Of a DNA stretch of 64,000 nt, positions 40,286-49,609 are shown piece by piece (within the stretch, counting starts at the first letter, position 1; each line of letters begins with the position of its first letter). Below the pieces are notes generated by a model. The model was not told the origin of the DNA. It saw only the letters and a program-made list of their open reading frames with translations, and did not search any database. Both the position numbers and the translations under genes were made by a program. Location of the stretch: contig CAZVLB010000007.1 of NCBI GenBank assembly GCA_964627935.1, positions 98,457 through 162,456 of the forward strand. Reading direction: 5' to 3'. The stretch is from an uncultured Ignavibacteria bacterium (lineage in GTDB: Bacteria; Zixibacteria; MSB-5A5; JAABVY01).

Positions 40286-41388
40286 TACTCAATTTCCCTC
40301 GGAGGATATTCGACTATCTTCTGACCCTCTTCCAGGCCGGCGATAATTTCGATATTGAGCCCATCAGATAAACCGGTTTCGACCGGAACTGTCTCAATCG
40401 CACCAACTGAATCCTGAACATCCACAAAACTGGAATCCTCTTTAAAGTCAACCAGACGTTCCGGAATCATCAGCACACTGTCCTTTTCATTGATAATAAT
40501 TTCAGCGGTGGCAGAGTATCCGGCCCTGAGTACGCTTTCACCCACATCGGTAATCTCGATTTCGACATCGAATACGGTAGTCTGGTCCTGCTTGCGGGCC
40601 TTTGAGGCTATCTTATACAGATTGCCATGCACGGTATCTGCCGACAATGCGCCGACTTTAAGCGTGGTTCCCATGCCCTCGCGCAGCTTGCCGACATCGA
40701 TCTCATCCACAGTACCGCGGAATACCAGGTTCTCCATATTGGCAATTGAAAGAATCGGCGTGCCCGGCTGATAGGAGGTCATCGGTTCGACCGGATCGCC
40801 CTCTTCATTATATATCTGAAGAACCGTGCCGGAAACCGGGGCATAAATTATAGACTCTATCGCACCGGAGGCGGAACTTGTTTTGCCGTCTTTTAAAAGT
40901 GACAATGCCTCTCTTTTTCGCTGTACATCAAGACGGGCAACATCCAGATTCTTTTTTACATTATCATATTCCGACTGTGAGAGCAGATTCTTTTTGAATA
41001 GCTCTTTCTTGCGTTCAAAATCGGTGCGCATATTTTCGAACACCAGCTCCGATTCCTGAAGCGCAAGTTCGGCATAGACAATCTGATCCGGTGTCGGTTG
41101 CGGAGCTATCTCGAACAATGGATCGCCGGTCTTGACCTGATCGTTTTCCTCCACAAAAAGCTTGCTGACCACACCGGCGATATGCGACTTGACATTGACT
41201 TCCTTTTCCGGCTCTATCTCGCCAACTGCTATGGCCTTATCAATAATATGGCCGCGCGTGACATCGATCAGCTTGATACCTTCCAACTGGTCATTACCGC
41301 TTCCCCGAAAACCGAAGAATATTATAGCTGCAACGAGAATCAGGATAAGAGCAGTCGCGGTGATTTTCTTGGCCATGTTTCTCCCCAA
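40285..41388 (-). CDS. HlyD-family periplasmic adaptor (membrane fusion protein, MacA/DevB-like).
   Basis: An N-terminal TM anchor, a coiled-coil hairpin (ESELVFENMRTDFERKKELFKKNLLSQSEYDNVKKNLDVARLD) and beta-barrel/lipoyl-like regions are present. Confidence 0.8.
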   Translation of the reverse strand: MGRNMAKKITATALILILVAAIIFFGFRGSGNDQLEGIKLIDVTRGHIIDKAIAVGEIEPEKEVNVKSHIAGVVSKLFVEENDQVKTGDPLFEIAPQPTPDQIVYAELALQESELVFENMRTDFERKKELFKKNLLSQSEYDNVKKNLDVARLDVQRKREALSLLKDGKTSSASGAIESIIYAPVSGTVLQIYNEEGDPVEPMTSYQPGTPILSIANMENLVFRGTVDEIDVGKLREGMGTTLKVGALSADTVHGNLYKIASKARKQDQTTVFDVEIEITDVGESVLRAGYSATAEIIINEKDSVLMIPERLVDFKEDSSFVDVQDSVGAIETVPVETGLSDGLNIEIIAGLEEGQKIVEYPPREIE

Positions 41389-41530
41389 TCTAAAGCTTTA
41401 AAATATCTTTGTAATTCTATTACGAATCAATCAATACAAGGTTTCTTCTAATATAATTTGACAGCGTATAAACGGGCAGGTTGCAAAAAAAGATTAAGAT
41501 TGTGCTGTTTCTCTGAAAGCTATTCGGATG

Positions 41531-42676
41531 TTATTCCCAGATTTCCTCTATGTCCAGCTTACGGCGAGCCAGCTCTTCCATAAATACCTCTGTCGGCACT
41601 GAAAGCTCCTGGGGCACCACGCCCTTACGTTCAATTTTCCCTTCGGCCATCATCTGGGCGATTATGGCGGAGGGAAATCCGGTCGATCTCATCATGGCTG
41701 TCAGCCCGGTGTTTTCATCGAAATAATCAACCATGCGATAAGTCAGTTTTTTCTGCTTGCCGCCGGATTTGCCTTCCAGTATAACCGATACCAGCACCAC
41801 ATCGCGATCATCACCCGCCAGCACCTCCTGCAATAGCCGTCCGGTCAAATGGCGCGGAATAACCTCGCCCCTTTCAAGGCTGACCTTCTCCGAGGAGCAG
41901 AAACCGAGGCTGATCAGGTTTTTGAATATCTGGCTGTGACCGGGATAGCGGATTGTCTTATAATCGAGATTTTTCACTTTGCCATAAAAAGTGATCGGCA
42001 TTGTCGAGGTGCCGCCCGAGGTCTGGAACGCTTCCAGTTTTTCGAATGGTTTAGGAAATGATATCTCCTCCACCTCACTTAAGGCCTCGACATTCTGAAC
42101 CTTACCATTGCGAATCACGATGGCATCCTCGATATATTCATTGATGAGCCCTTCAACCGAGAATACGACCTGATAATTGAGCGGAGGACGGGGATGTTGC
42201 GGAAGTCCGCCGACACGCATCCTGATATTGTCCAGCTCATCGAATTTGGAGGCGCCATGAGCGCATAATACCTGTACCAGCCCCGGGGCAAGGCCGGTAT
42301 CCGGGATAATCGTCACGCCTTTGGATTTTGCTTCTTCGTTTAGGCCCATCTGCTTGCCGACGACCTTGGTATTTCCGCCCAAATCCACAAAACCGGCGCC
42401 GATTTCGATTGCCAGACGGGAGAGGTCATAGTTGAACTGATAATGTATGGCGGAAATTATCACCTTGCTGCCACCGATGGCCTTTTTCGTGCCCGGCAGA
42501 TTGCGCACATCCACCCAGGTCGGCACAACCTTATCCGAGCCGATAAATTCGGCCACCTGTTTGGCTTCGCTGATATCTATATCGCAAACAAGGATTTTCT
42601 CTATTTTGGGATTCTTGCTCAGATCAAAGGCAATCGCTTTGCCCATCATTCCGCTTCCAAGCAATGCAACCTGCAT
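41531..42676 (-). CDS. Saccharopine-dehydrogenase-family NAD(P)-binding oxidoreductase (possibly carboxy(nor)spermidine- or lysine-dehydrogenase-like).
   Basis: The Rossmann motif is MQVALLGSGMMGKAIAFDL. The Sacchrp_dh-like middle and C-terminal regions are present. Confidence 0.65.
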   Translation of the reverse strand: MQVALLGSGMMGKAIAFDLSKNPKIEKILVCDIDISEAKQVAEFIGSDKVVPTWVDVRNLPGTKKAIGGSKVIISAIHYQFNYDLSRLAIEIGAGFVDLGGNTKVVGKQMGLNEEAKSKGVTIIPDTGLAPGLVQVLCAHGASKFDELDNIRMRVGGLPQHPRPPLNYQVVFSVEGLINEYIEDAIVIRNGKVQNVEALSEVEEISFPKPFEKLEAFQTSGGTSTMPITFYGKVKNLDYKTIRYPGHSQIFKNLISLGFCSSEKVSLERGEVIPRHLTGRLLQEVLAGDDRDVVLVSVILEGKSGGKQKKLTYRMVDYFDENTGLTAMMRSTGFPSAIIAQMMAEGKIERKGVVPQELSVPTEVFMEELARRKLDIEEIWE

Positions 42677-42819
42677 AATACCTCCAGTTTGTAAGCTATG
42701 CTAAGATACATAATTCTGAGGCGAAGTCAAAGGGATCGGATATGATTCCACCATTTAAGACTGCTGAAACTACAGGATGTTTAGATGAAATCGGCGTTGA
42801 GAAAAAGATTAGCAGAAAG

Positions 42820-43491
42820 TCAGCAGCCGTAGCGGTTTTCGAGATGATCCAAAGTTGCGCCGTCGGGCAGGCCGGAACGTTGCAGGTCGTTGTCATCCTG
42901 GTACTTGCGAATCGCCGCGGCCAGTTCCTCGGTATATTCATTGCTGATCTCGCCATGATAATAATCGAGGTTCTTGAGACGATCCGCTACGCCGGCAAAA
43001 AGCCCCGGGGGACGTAAATGGCCGAGATTGAATGTAAATTCATGCTCCTCAAAAGTGACAGTGACAACATCGGTGCCGGGCGGTATTTCGAGATCGATCT
43101 TGCCTTCCGAGTCGGTCGAATCGGCATATTCCTCATCGATACCCGAATAATTCAATCTATAATCAAGATTGGAAAGAGCCGTCCCCTCGGCATTCTCGAA
43201 TTTGACCGTGAATCCCTCCGGCGGCGGCGGAGTCACCGCAATATCGATCGGTCCGCCGTTTTTGCCCCTGGTCGGCATTGCTGGTGGATCTGTGATGGGC
43301 ACATTAACCGGATCACCCGGCACGAGCAGGTTTTTTTCCGGACGTTTCTCGCGCAACCCGGTATTGGATTCCAGGTTATAGACCTGATCCGGGTCGGGAT
43401 TATTGTACCGGGCGGCGATTTTGCCGATCCAGTCGCCATCTGCTGTTATATGCAATATCTCGCGTGGTTCTTGTTGTGATGAATCCGGCAT
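42820..43491 (-). CDS. LysM-like + PG_binding_1 peptidoglycan-binding domain protein.
   Basis: The N-terminus is LysM-like (HITADGDWIGKIAARYN). A Pro-rich linker follows. The C-terminal PG_binding_1 domain is (LKNLDYYHGEISNEYTEELAAAIRKYQDDNDLQRSGLPDGATLDHL). Confidence 0.65.
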   Translation of the reverse strand: MPDSSQQEPREILHITADGDWIGKIAARYNNPDPDQVYNLESNTGLREKRPEKNLLVPGDPVNVPITDPPAMPTRGKNGGPIDIAVTPPPPEGFTVKFENAEGTALSNLDYRLNYSGIDEEYADSTDSEGKIDLEIPPGTDVVTVTFEEHEFTFNLGHLRPPGLFAGVADRLKNLDYYHGEISNEYTEELAAAIRKYQDDNDLQRSGLPDGATLDHLENRYGC

Positions 43492-43699
43492 GGCTTAATG
43501 ATAAATCTGATTAGTGCCCCTGTCAAGATAAAGAAGAATACCCTTATTGTCTTTTTTACAGGATTCTAAAGGAGAATTCGCATGCCGGTAATTGGCGCGA
43601 AATCTTTGCGTGTATTTTGATGCGCAAGGCTTGTACTTTGTTTGAGGCAGGGTTAATGAGGAGAAGCCGCGGCAGTTTTAAATGTCGCGGCTTCCTTAA

Positions 43700-43737
43700 T
43701 ATAAAGAGCGGACGCAGACCAAAAAATCCGCGTCCGC
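43700..43737 (-). terminator. Terminator hairpin downstream of the large T9SS cargo gene. A second tandem hairpin lies at 43663-43694.
   Basis: On the minus strand, gcggacgcgg-N-gcgtccgc (8-bp GC stem) is followed by CTCTTTAT. The second hairpin is gaagccgcg-N14-cgcggcttc. Confidence 0.5.
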
Positions 43738-43760
43738 CATAATACGTAGCTGTATTGCAA

Positions 43761-46700
43761 TTACTTAGCCAGAATCATCTTCTGCGTTTCCTCATAATTA
43801 TCTGTCTGCAGACGATAGAGGTAAACACCCGATGATACCTTCTGGCCGTTATCATCAAGCCCGTTCCAGGTTGTCTCATATTCACCTGCATCGAAATATC
43901 CATTAACCAGCGTGGCCACTTTCTGGCCCAGTGTATTATAAACCGCCACCTCGGCATTGCCGGGCTGAGGCAGGTTGAATTTAATCACCGTGCTGGGGTT
44001 GAACGGGTTGGGATAGTTCTGAGCCAATGAATAGCGATCCGGAACCACAGGGCTGGAACCGCCGCCCTTGGTATAGAGCGTGCTGATATCGACACAATCG
44101 CCGATTATGTTCCAGGTGATTTCGGGATAGACCCTGGTACCATTGACAAAGATACTCAGGCTCTCGCCTTCATGAGCATATACCTTGCTGACAGGTGTCT
44201 GCCTGTCGAAACCGTAAACCGGTGTAAACTTCAGCAGGCTGCCGTTATAAACGGCCTTGCCGCACAGGGCGCCGCTGGATGAATAGACCTCAATTGATGT
44301 ATTGGGCTCAAGCGCAACATCATCGAGCCTGATATCACGGCCATAGATATTGATCCATGTGCGCGAGGGCTGAATTTCAGCGGCATATGATGATCCGTTG
44401 CCGGATGGCATCATTTCAATTACACCAAATCCGGGATAGAACAACATTCCATCCTCGGAGACCTTGTACCAGTAACCCAGTCCGGGGGTAAGTTCAGTCA
44501 ATGTATTCAGGCCGCCCATACCCGGCTCCCAGGAAAGGCCGCCGTTATCGAATCCAAGAGCGACCAGCAGGATATTCATAATCGAAGCCAGCGCTTCATC
44601 GATATCATAGACTGTCTGGGGCCAGTAAGCGGCAAGGTTCCAGCCCATTTCCAGATCGATATAGCTGTTGGTCGGAATTTCGCCGGCGCAAAGCTGTTTC
44701 TGGTAAGGGCAATCCATGCGGAACCAGTAACCATGGAAATAATCCAGCGTATGCAGGGTTGAGAACTCGGGCAGATCGGGATTATATGTCAGCGCGCCCT
44801 CCTCAAAACCGAGGATTACGCCGACACATTCCTCCCAGCCGGAAATGAAGCTCTCCACACCTTCGCTATAGGCAACATTCCATGATTTCAGGTTCCAGCC
44901 TGATTCCAGGTCGAGGGTTACGCAGTTCTCGGTGGAGAAGTTACAAACTTCGATACGGTCACCGTTTTCGGTCCAGATCAATGACGGTATCGGGAAGACC
45001 TGATTGAAATTGATCTGCATCGAGATGATATCACCCGGCTCGGCGCCTTCATCTTCCTCCTCGGTAGTCGGATCATCGCGGTAAATCGGCATAAAGCCAT
45101 AGGAACCATCATCGCCGACTTCTCCCATTCCGCACAGGACACCATCAGGATCATATGCGCTGATAATATCTCCCGGTATCAACGGTTCACCATCGAGCAT
45201 CGGGAATTCGCAGTAAATACTGATCCATTCTGTGGTCGGAATCACGATCTGAAGATCGGTAATGCAAACAAAATCAAATATTGTATGAGTCGCCGTGCCG
45301 CATTCGTTTTCGGCATAGAGCGAGACATCATAACAGCCGTTGGAATCATAAGCATGAGAGGGCTCGAATTCGGTGCTGGTGGCACCGTCACCGAAATCCC
45401 ACTCAAAGCTCATGTCTCCTGAAAACTCGGTATCATTGGAAAAATACACGATCACTGAAGACTGTCCCTGTACCGCGGAATCAATGCTGAATTCCGGATT
45501 GGGATGCTCTATTACAGTCAAATCAATAGTAAACTGGCAGGTATCAACGCCACATTGACCTGTCGCGATAATGGTAATCTCACGCATCTCGGATTCAGTG
45601 GCCACGAATTCAACCTGGCCATTGACATAGTCAGCGCCGGTAATCTGGATATCGGTATAATATGCTACCGGGACCGGAATGCGCACATAACTCGCCAGGC
45701 AAATCGTAATCGCTGTGTCTGATGGACAGAAAATCTCGGGTGGCGGGCTATAATGTACAAAAGCGGTAAAATCACAGGTGTCCGCGCCGCATTGATTCGA
45801 AGCAATCATCAGGAAATCAAACTGCAAGTTCTGGCCACCCTCGGAATCGGGGATATCCACACAAACCTGCTGATTTGCCGGATCATAGGTCCCGACTCCA
45901 TCAAGGATAACATCATCGGCGTTTTCAACAGGCAGATCGAAGCAGAATTGTCCCGTCTCACATATCTCAAAGTTCAAATCTTCCTCGGGACATGTAATCA
46001 CCGGCGGAGTATCAGTTGTGACATTGATTTCCAGGTTACAAGTATCGGCAACCTCGCATGCATTATAGGCGATCAGCTCGATCATATAGACGCCTGATGT
46101 ATCGGCCAGGAAGTAGAGCCTGCCGTCATCCCATTCGCCATAGGATGCCACCACCAGGCTTGCACCTGTAATCGGCACAATAACCTCGCCCAGGTCGCCC
46201 TCACAAACCGTAATCTCAAGCGGCTCTTCAGGGCAGGTGATGACCGGATCGGGCACGAATGTCACGAACACCGCCAGCATACATTCATCCGTACCGCATT
46301 CATTCTCGGCGGTAACGGTAAATGTATACTCGCCGGCCGTATCGGCCTGGAAACAGAGCTGTCCATCGGCCCAAATGCCGTTATTGGTTACATCCACACC
46401 GTCATAATTTTCGATCAGCAGATCGATACATACCTGATCCGCCTCGCACAGGGTATCCATATAAACTTCCTGGTCGCAATGAATCATCGGCGGAGGAATA
46501 AAAATAATATCAAAATCCACAATGCATGTATTGGTGTCACACATGTTGCTTGCGGTTATGGTAATCGACTGCGGGCCGTCATTGGCAGGAGTAAAACAGA
46601 GCTGGCCGTTTTCGTATGTGCCCAAAGTTGTGCTGATCTCATCAGCACCGAGAATCGGAATGTCGACACAGACTTCATCTCCGGGACAAATCGCAGCTTC

Positions 46701-47315
46701 AACAGCCTCTTCCGGACAGACAATCGTGGGCGGCGCTAAAAATATAACTTCGTAGATAATCTGGCAGGTATCTGTACCGCAGCCATTCTCGGCGATAACA
46801 TCAAAATTATAAATACCGGCTTCATCTGCAAAGAAACACAGTTCGCCATTCTCCCATGTGGCACCATTGACATAGACATTTTCAGCGTCCAAAATAGGAA
46901 GATCCAGGCAGATTTCCTGAGGTTCGCAGATCTCCATAGAGAAGTCTTCTTGGGGACAATCTATCACAGGCTTTTCATTGATGGTAACAATCGCGGTTAC
47001 CACACATGTATCCGCTCCGCAATCATTGTAGGCATATACCGTAAATGTATATGCGCCGGATGTATCAACATTCCAGCACAGCTGACCGGCGCCCTTGTCG
47101 GCGGACATATATGCTTCGCCGGCCTCAATCGTAACCGGGGTGGGACTTTCAACCGGCATATCCACACACACTGTGCCGGGACCGCACATGGTCAGTTCAA
47201 AAGGAAAGTCCGGGCAGACAATAACCGGTGGATCACAGTCGCCATCCTGCGCCAATAGATTCCCGGCACCTAGTAAGAAGATTAATGCAATCAGGAACAG
47301 TAGAGATTTTTTCAT
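43761..47315 (-). CDS. Large secreted surface protein: at least 7 Cys-rich HYR-like repeats, a PKD domain, beta-sandwich region, and a C-terminal T9SS sorting domain (Por_Secre_tail).
   Basis: It has a signal peptide. About 85-aa repeats share PP.I.CP...(6-8)..C....C.D.PI...(n)..G.LCF.AD..G.Y.F.V.A.N.CG.DTC (e.g. PVIDCPQEDFSMEICEPQEICLDLPI...GCGTDTCQIIYEV). The PKD motif is WDFGDGATS. The C-terminus NYPNPFNPSTVIKFNLPQPGNAEVAVYNTLGQKVATLVNGYFDAGEYETTWNG...GVYLYRLQTDNY is a classic T9SS CTD. Confidence 0.8.
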   Translation of the reverse strand: MKKSLLFLIALIFLLGAGNLLAQDGDCDPPVIVCPDFPFELTMCGPGTVCVDMPVESPTPVTIEAGEAYMSADKGAGQLCWNVDTSGAYTFTVYAYNDCGADTCVVTAIVTINEKPVIDCPQEDFSMEICEPQEICLDLPILDAENVYVNGATWENGELCFFADEAGIYNFDVIAENGCGTDTCQIIYEVIFLAPPTIVCPEEAVEAAICPGDEVCVDIPILGADEISTTLGTYENGQLCFTPANDGPQSITITASNMCDTNTCIVDFDIIFIPPPMIHCDQEVYMDTLCEADQVCIDLLIENYDGVDVTNNGIWADGQLCFQADTAGEYTFTVTAENECGTDECMLAVFVTFVPDPVITCPEEPLEITVCEGDLGEVIVPITGASLVVASYGEWDDGRLYFLADTSGVYMIELIAYNACEVADTCNLEINVTTDTPPVITCPEEDLNFEICETGQFCFDLPVENADDVILDGVGTYDPANQQVCVDIPDSEGGQNLQFDFLMIASNQCGADTCDFTAFVHYSPPPEIFCPSDTAITICLASYVRIPVPVAYYTDIQITGADYVNGQVEFVATESEMREITIIATGQCGVDTCQFTIDLTVIEHPNPEFSIDSAVQGQSSVIVYFSNDTEFSGDMSFEWDFGDGATSTEFEPSHAYDSNGCYDVSLYAENECGTATHTIFDFVCITDLQIVIPTTEWISIYCEFPMLDGEPLIPGDIISAYDPDGVLCGMGEVGDDGSYGFMPIYRDDPTTEEEDEGAEPGDIISMQINFNQVFPIPSLIWTENGDRIEVCNFSTENCVTLDLESGWNLKSWNVAYSEGVESFISGWEECVGVILGFEEGALTYNPDLPEFSTLHTLDYFHGYWFRMDCPYQKQLCAGEIPTNSYIDLEMGWNLAAYWPQTVYDIDEALASIMNILLVALGFDNGGLSWEPGMGGLNTLTELTPGLGYWYKVSEDGMLFYPGFGVIEMMPSGNGSSYAAEIQPSRTWINIYGRDIRLDDVALEPNTSIEVYSSSGALCGKAVYNGSLLKFTPVYGFDRQTPVSKVYAHEGESLSIFVNGTRVYPEITWNIIGDCVDISTLYTKGGGSSPVVPDRYSLAQNYPNPFNPSTVIKFNLPQPGNAEVAVYNTLGQKVATLVNGYFDAGEYETTWNGLDDNGQKVSSGVYLYRLQTDNYEETQKMILAK

Positions 47316-47728
47316 AACAGCCTCCCGAGCCCTGGGGCTAAATTGAATTATTGTGGAAACGTTTATTTATCCCATGTAATATGGTATCATTATCGAAAAT
47401 ATTAAAAAGTCGATGCGAATATCCATAACCCCCCCTGCAAGTAGACGAAGTCTGGAGTTATAATTCAACTCGGCCAGGTCCCCGGACCGATACGAAATTA
47501 TATGTATTTCCGACTGCTTGCCTCTTCAGGGTGTGTAAACTCGGCTTCAATGCCCGGAATCCATTTACCAATAATATATCATTTACAAAACGTTGCGCAA
47601 GCATTTAAACCCTTAAAACATGCAACTTTCAGGATATCTATTCCATCTTTTTCAATAAACATTTGCATTGTGGATTAATTTTATCTTATTTGTACTGATT
47701 CGAGAATCTTAAACGGGGGGCAATCTCT

Positions 47729-48502
47729 ATGAAACATGCATTTATTATTCTGAGCATACTTCTCCTGACACTGTTTGCCTGCAGCTCCTCGACAACTTCC
47801 GGACCGACATCATCAGGAACCGTATTCCTCTGGATCGGAGCGGACAAGGACACCTGGATCTGGCAGCAATCTCCGGATAACAGCTGGGGCCAGGATGGTT
47901 ATGTGCGTATTGCCTATGCCAATGATATCAAGCGGGGCTATGTACATTTCCCGATCCCCGATCTTCCTGAGGGTACCACTATCGATGAAGCTTACCTGGA
48001 ACTCTATCATCCGGGCAAGAACTCGGATGGTCAGACCGATGATATCGAGATCGATGTGCAGCGCATGAATTTCGAATGGAGCCCGTCGGAACTGACCTGG
48101 AACAATCAGCCGGCATTTACCGCCGCGGCGCAGTTCACAATCGATCTGCGCAGCCAGGCCTGGTCATCATCGGATGATATCGTCACCATGATTCGCGATA
48201 TCTTCGATGATCCGGCCAATTTTCATGGCTTCACCATTTTCTGGCAAAGAAACGCCGGCTTTAATATTGAAAAAGGATTTTCATCAAACAATTATGACCG
48301 GACTGCCGACGACATGAAAAAAGCGCCCCGTCTTCTGGTCAAAATAACTCTTCCCGATGGCAAAAGCACGGATGACATATCCCTCCCTCCGCTGATCGAT
48401 GACAACGATCTCGATTTCCCGGCGGGAACAGAGATACTCATGCTGCGTTATTCGGGTGGAAACAGCTGGCCGGATTCATGGGAAGTGGTTCATGATATGT
48501 AA
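47729..48502 (+). CDS. DNRLRE-domain (carbohydrate-binding-like) lipoprotein.
   Basis: The lipobox is LLTLFACSSS. QDGYVRIAYANDIKRGYVHFPIPDLPEGTTIDEAYLELYH...FEWSPSELTWNNQP matches the DNRLRE-domain pattern (..FDLS.LP.ga.I.sA.L.L......W.E..TW.N.P). Confidence 0.55.
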   Translation: MKHAFIILSILLLTLFACSSSTTSGPTSSGTVFLWIGADKDTWIWQQSPDNSWGQDGYVRIAYANDIKRGYVHFPIPDLPEGTTIDEAYLELYHPGKNSDGQTDDIEIDVQRMNFEWSPSELTWNNQPAFTAAAQFTIDLRSQAWSSSDDIVTMIRDIFDDPANFHGFTIFWQRNAGFNIEKGFSSNNYDRTADDMKKAPRLLVKITLPDGKSTDDISLPPLIDDNDLDFPAGTEILMLRYSGGNSWPDSWEVVHDM

Positions 48503-48525
48503 TAACGAAATTGCAAAATTATTGT

Positions 48526-48792
48526 ATGGCTGAAATAAAATCGAAATCTGCAAACGGGCCGTTTGGCAGAATCAAAAACCTGCTGAGACAATTCCGGCAT
48601 GATCTGCGTGAGCCTATCGAAGGCACGGAAAGCCTGCCACGCAGAAAAAGGATAGCGGCCAGGCTTAAATTTCTTTTCAGGCGCTATGGATGGAAACTTG
48701 TCGCCGGCGTATTTTTGTTCTATCTGATCCGCGATTCGATAGTCTATATTATAATTCCGTACCTTCTGGCGCGCCATATTATTGCCGGATAA
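48526..48792 (+). CDS. Possible small membrane protein (89 aa). Weak call.
   Basis: MAEIKSKSANGPFG... has a C-terminal hydrophobic helix (LVAGVFLFYLIRDSIVYIIIPYLL). No clear RBS is present, so it could be spurious. Confidence 0.25.
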   Translation: MAEIKSKSANGPFGRIKNLLRQFRHDLREPIEGTESLPRRKRIAARLKFLFRRYGWKLVAGVFLFYLIRDSIVYIIIPYLLARHIIAG

Positions 48793-48879
48793 CTCTTTGC
48801 GAATATGCATGTTACCAGATTGAGCAAATGTATTTGCCAAATATATTCAAAAAATCGGGACTTTATTTGTCGATTTAGC

Positions 48880-48908
48880 TTGACCTGGAACTTTGTATTA
48901 GCTATAAA
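48880..48908 (+). promoter_or_regulatory. Sigma-70-like promoter upstream of the RRM protein gene (long ~200-nt leader).
   Basis: TTGACC, then a 17-nt spacer, then TATAAA. Confidence 0.35.
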
Positions 48909-49106
48909 CGTTTAAGTTAGGTCTTATGGAAAGCGACATTATAAACTGATCAAAGCCGGAGAGTACTGTTTTGCCAACTGTAAGACTCAGATATTTATTT
49001 AAGAACCATTGTTTGAAAGTTAAGATTATGATGGATAGATCCGCTACGTGCATCTTCCCTCTTAAGTAGACTTCTTCAAACAGGAAACCAAAACAAAGAG
49101 GTTAAG

Positions 49107-49376
49107 ATGCAAGAGAACAAACTCTATGTAGGAAATTTAAGTTACTCGGTAACGGGTGAACAGCTGGAAGAACTTTTCTCAAATCACGGCCAGGTCAAAG
49201 AAGTCCGCCTGATTGAGGGAAAGGGCTTTGGCTTTGTTGAGATGTCAAGCCGCGATGAAGCGGAAAAGGCCAAAGAGGCTTTGGACGGCTCGGATTATAT
49301 GGGCCGCACTATGAAAGTTGATGAGGCTCGTCCGCCCAAGGAAAAAAACAATCGCAGGAGAGACTTCAGATATTAA
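49107..49376 (+). CDS. RRM-type RNA-binding protein (Rbp family).
   Basis: RNP2 is KLYVGNLSY. RNP1 is KGFGFVEM. The C-terminal basic tail is RRRDFRY. The RBS is AAGAGGTTAAGATG. Confidence 0.85.
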   Translation: MQENKLYVGNLSYSVTGEQLEELFSNHGQVKEVRLIEGKGFGFVEMSSRDEAEKAKEALDGSDYMGRTMKVDEARPPKEKNNRRRDFRY

Positions 49377-49432
49377 TTAGTGAATAAGATTCTCCGGCCT
49401 ATTTTCATAGAATTAATTGAATCAGTTATATA

Positions 49433-49470
49433 AAATAGGGAAAGTCGCAATAAAGCTTTCCCTATTTGCT
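49433..49470 (+). terminator. Terminator-like 12-bp perfect hairpin after the RRM gene.
   Basis: aaatagggaaag-N11-ctttccctattt is followed by GCTTG. It lies immediately upstream of the next promoter. Confidence 0.45.
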
Positions 49471-49499
49471 TGACATCTAACCGCTAAAAAAGATATTAT
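49470..49499 (+). promoter_or_regulatory. Near-consensus sigma-70 promoter upstream of the KAS III gene.
   Basis: TTGACA, then an 18-nt spacer, then TATTAT. This leaves an ~110-nt leader before ATG 49610. Confidence 0.4.
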
Positions 49500-49609
49500 T
49501 GTAAAAAACAGAGCATTGCCGTTGCGGAATCCGCTGAGCGGTTCGGCTTATCCCGGTGTTGCAATATGCGTATAAGTCAGCATAAATCAGCTAATAGGAA
49601 AAGCGATTA

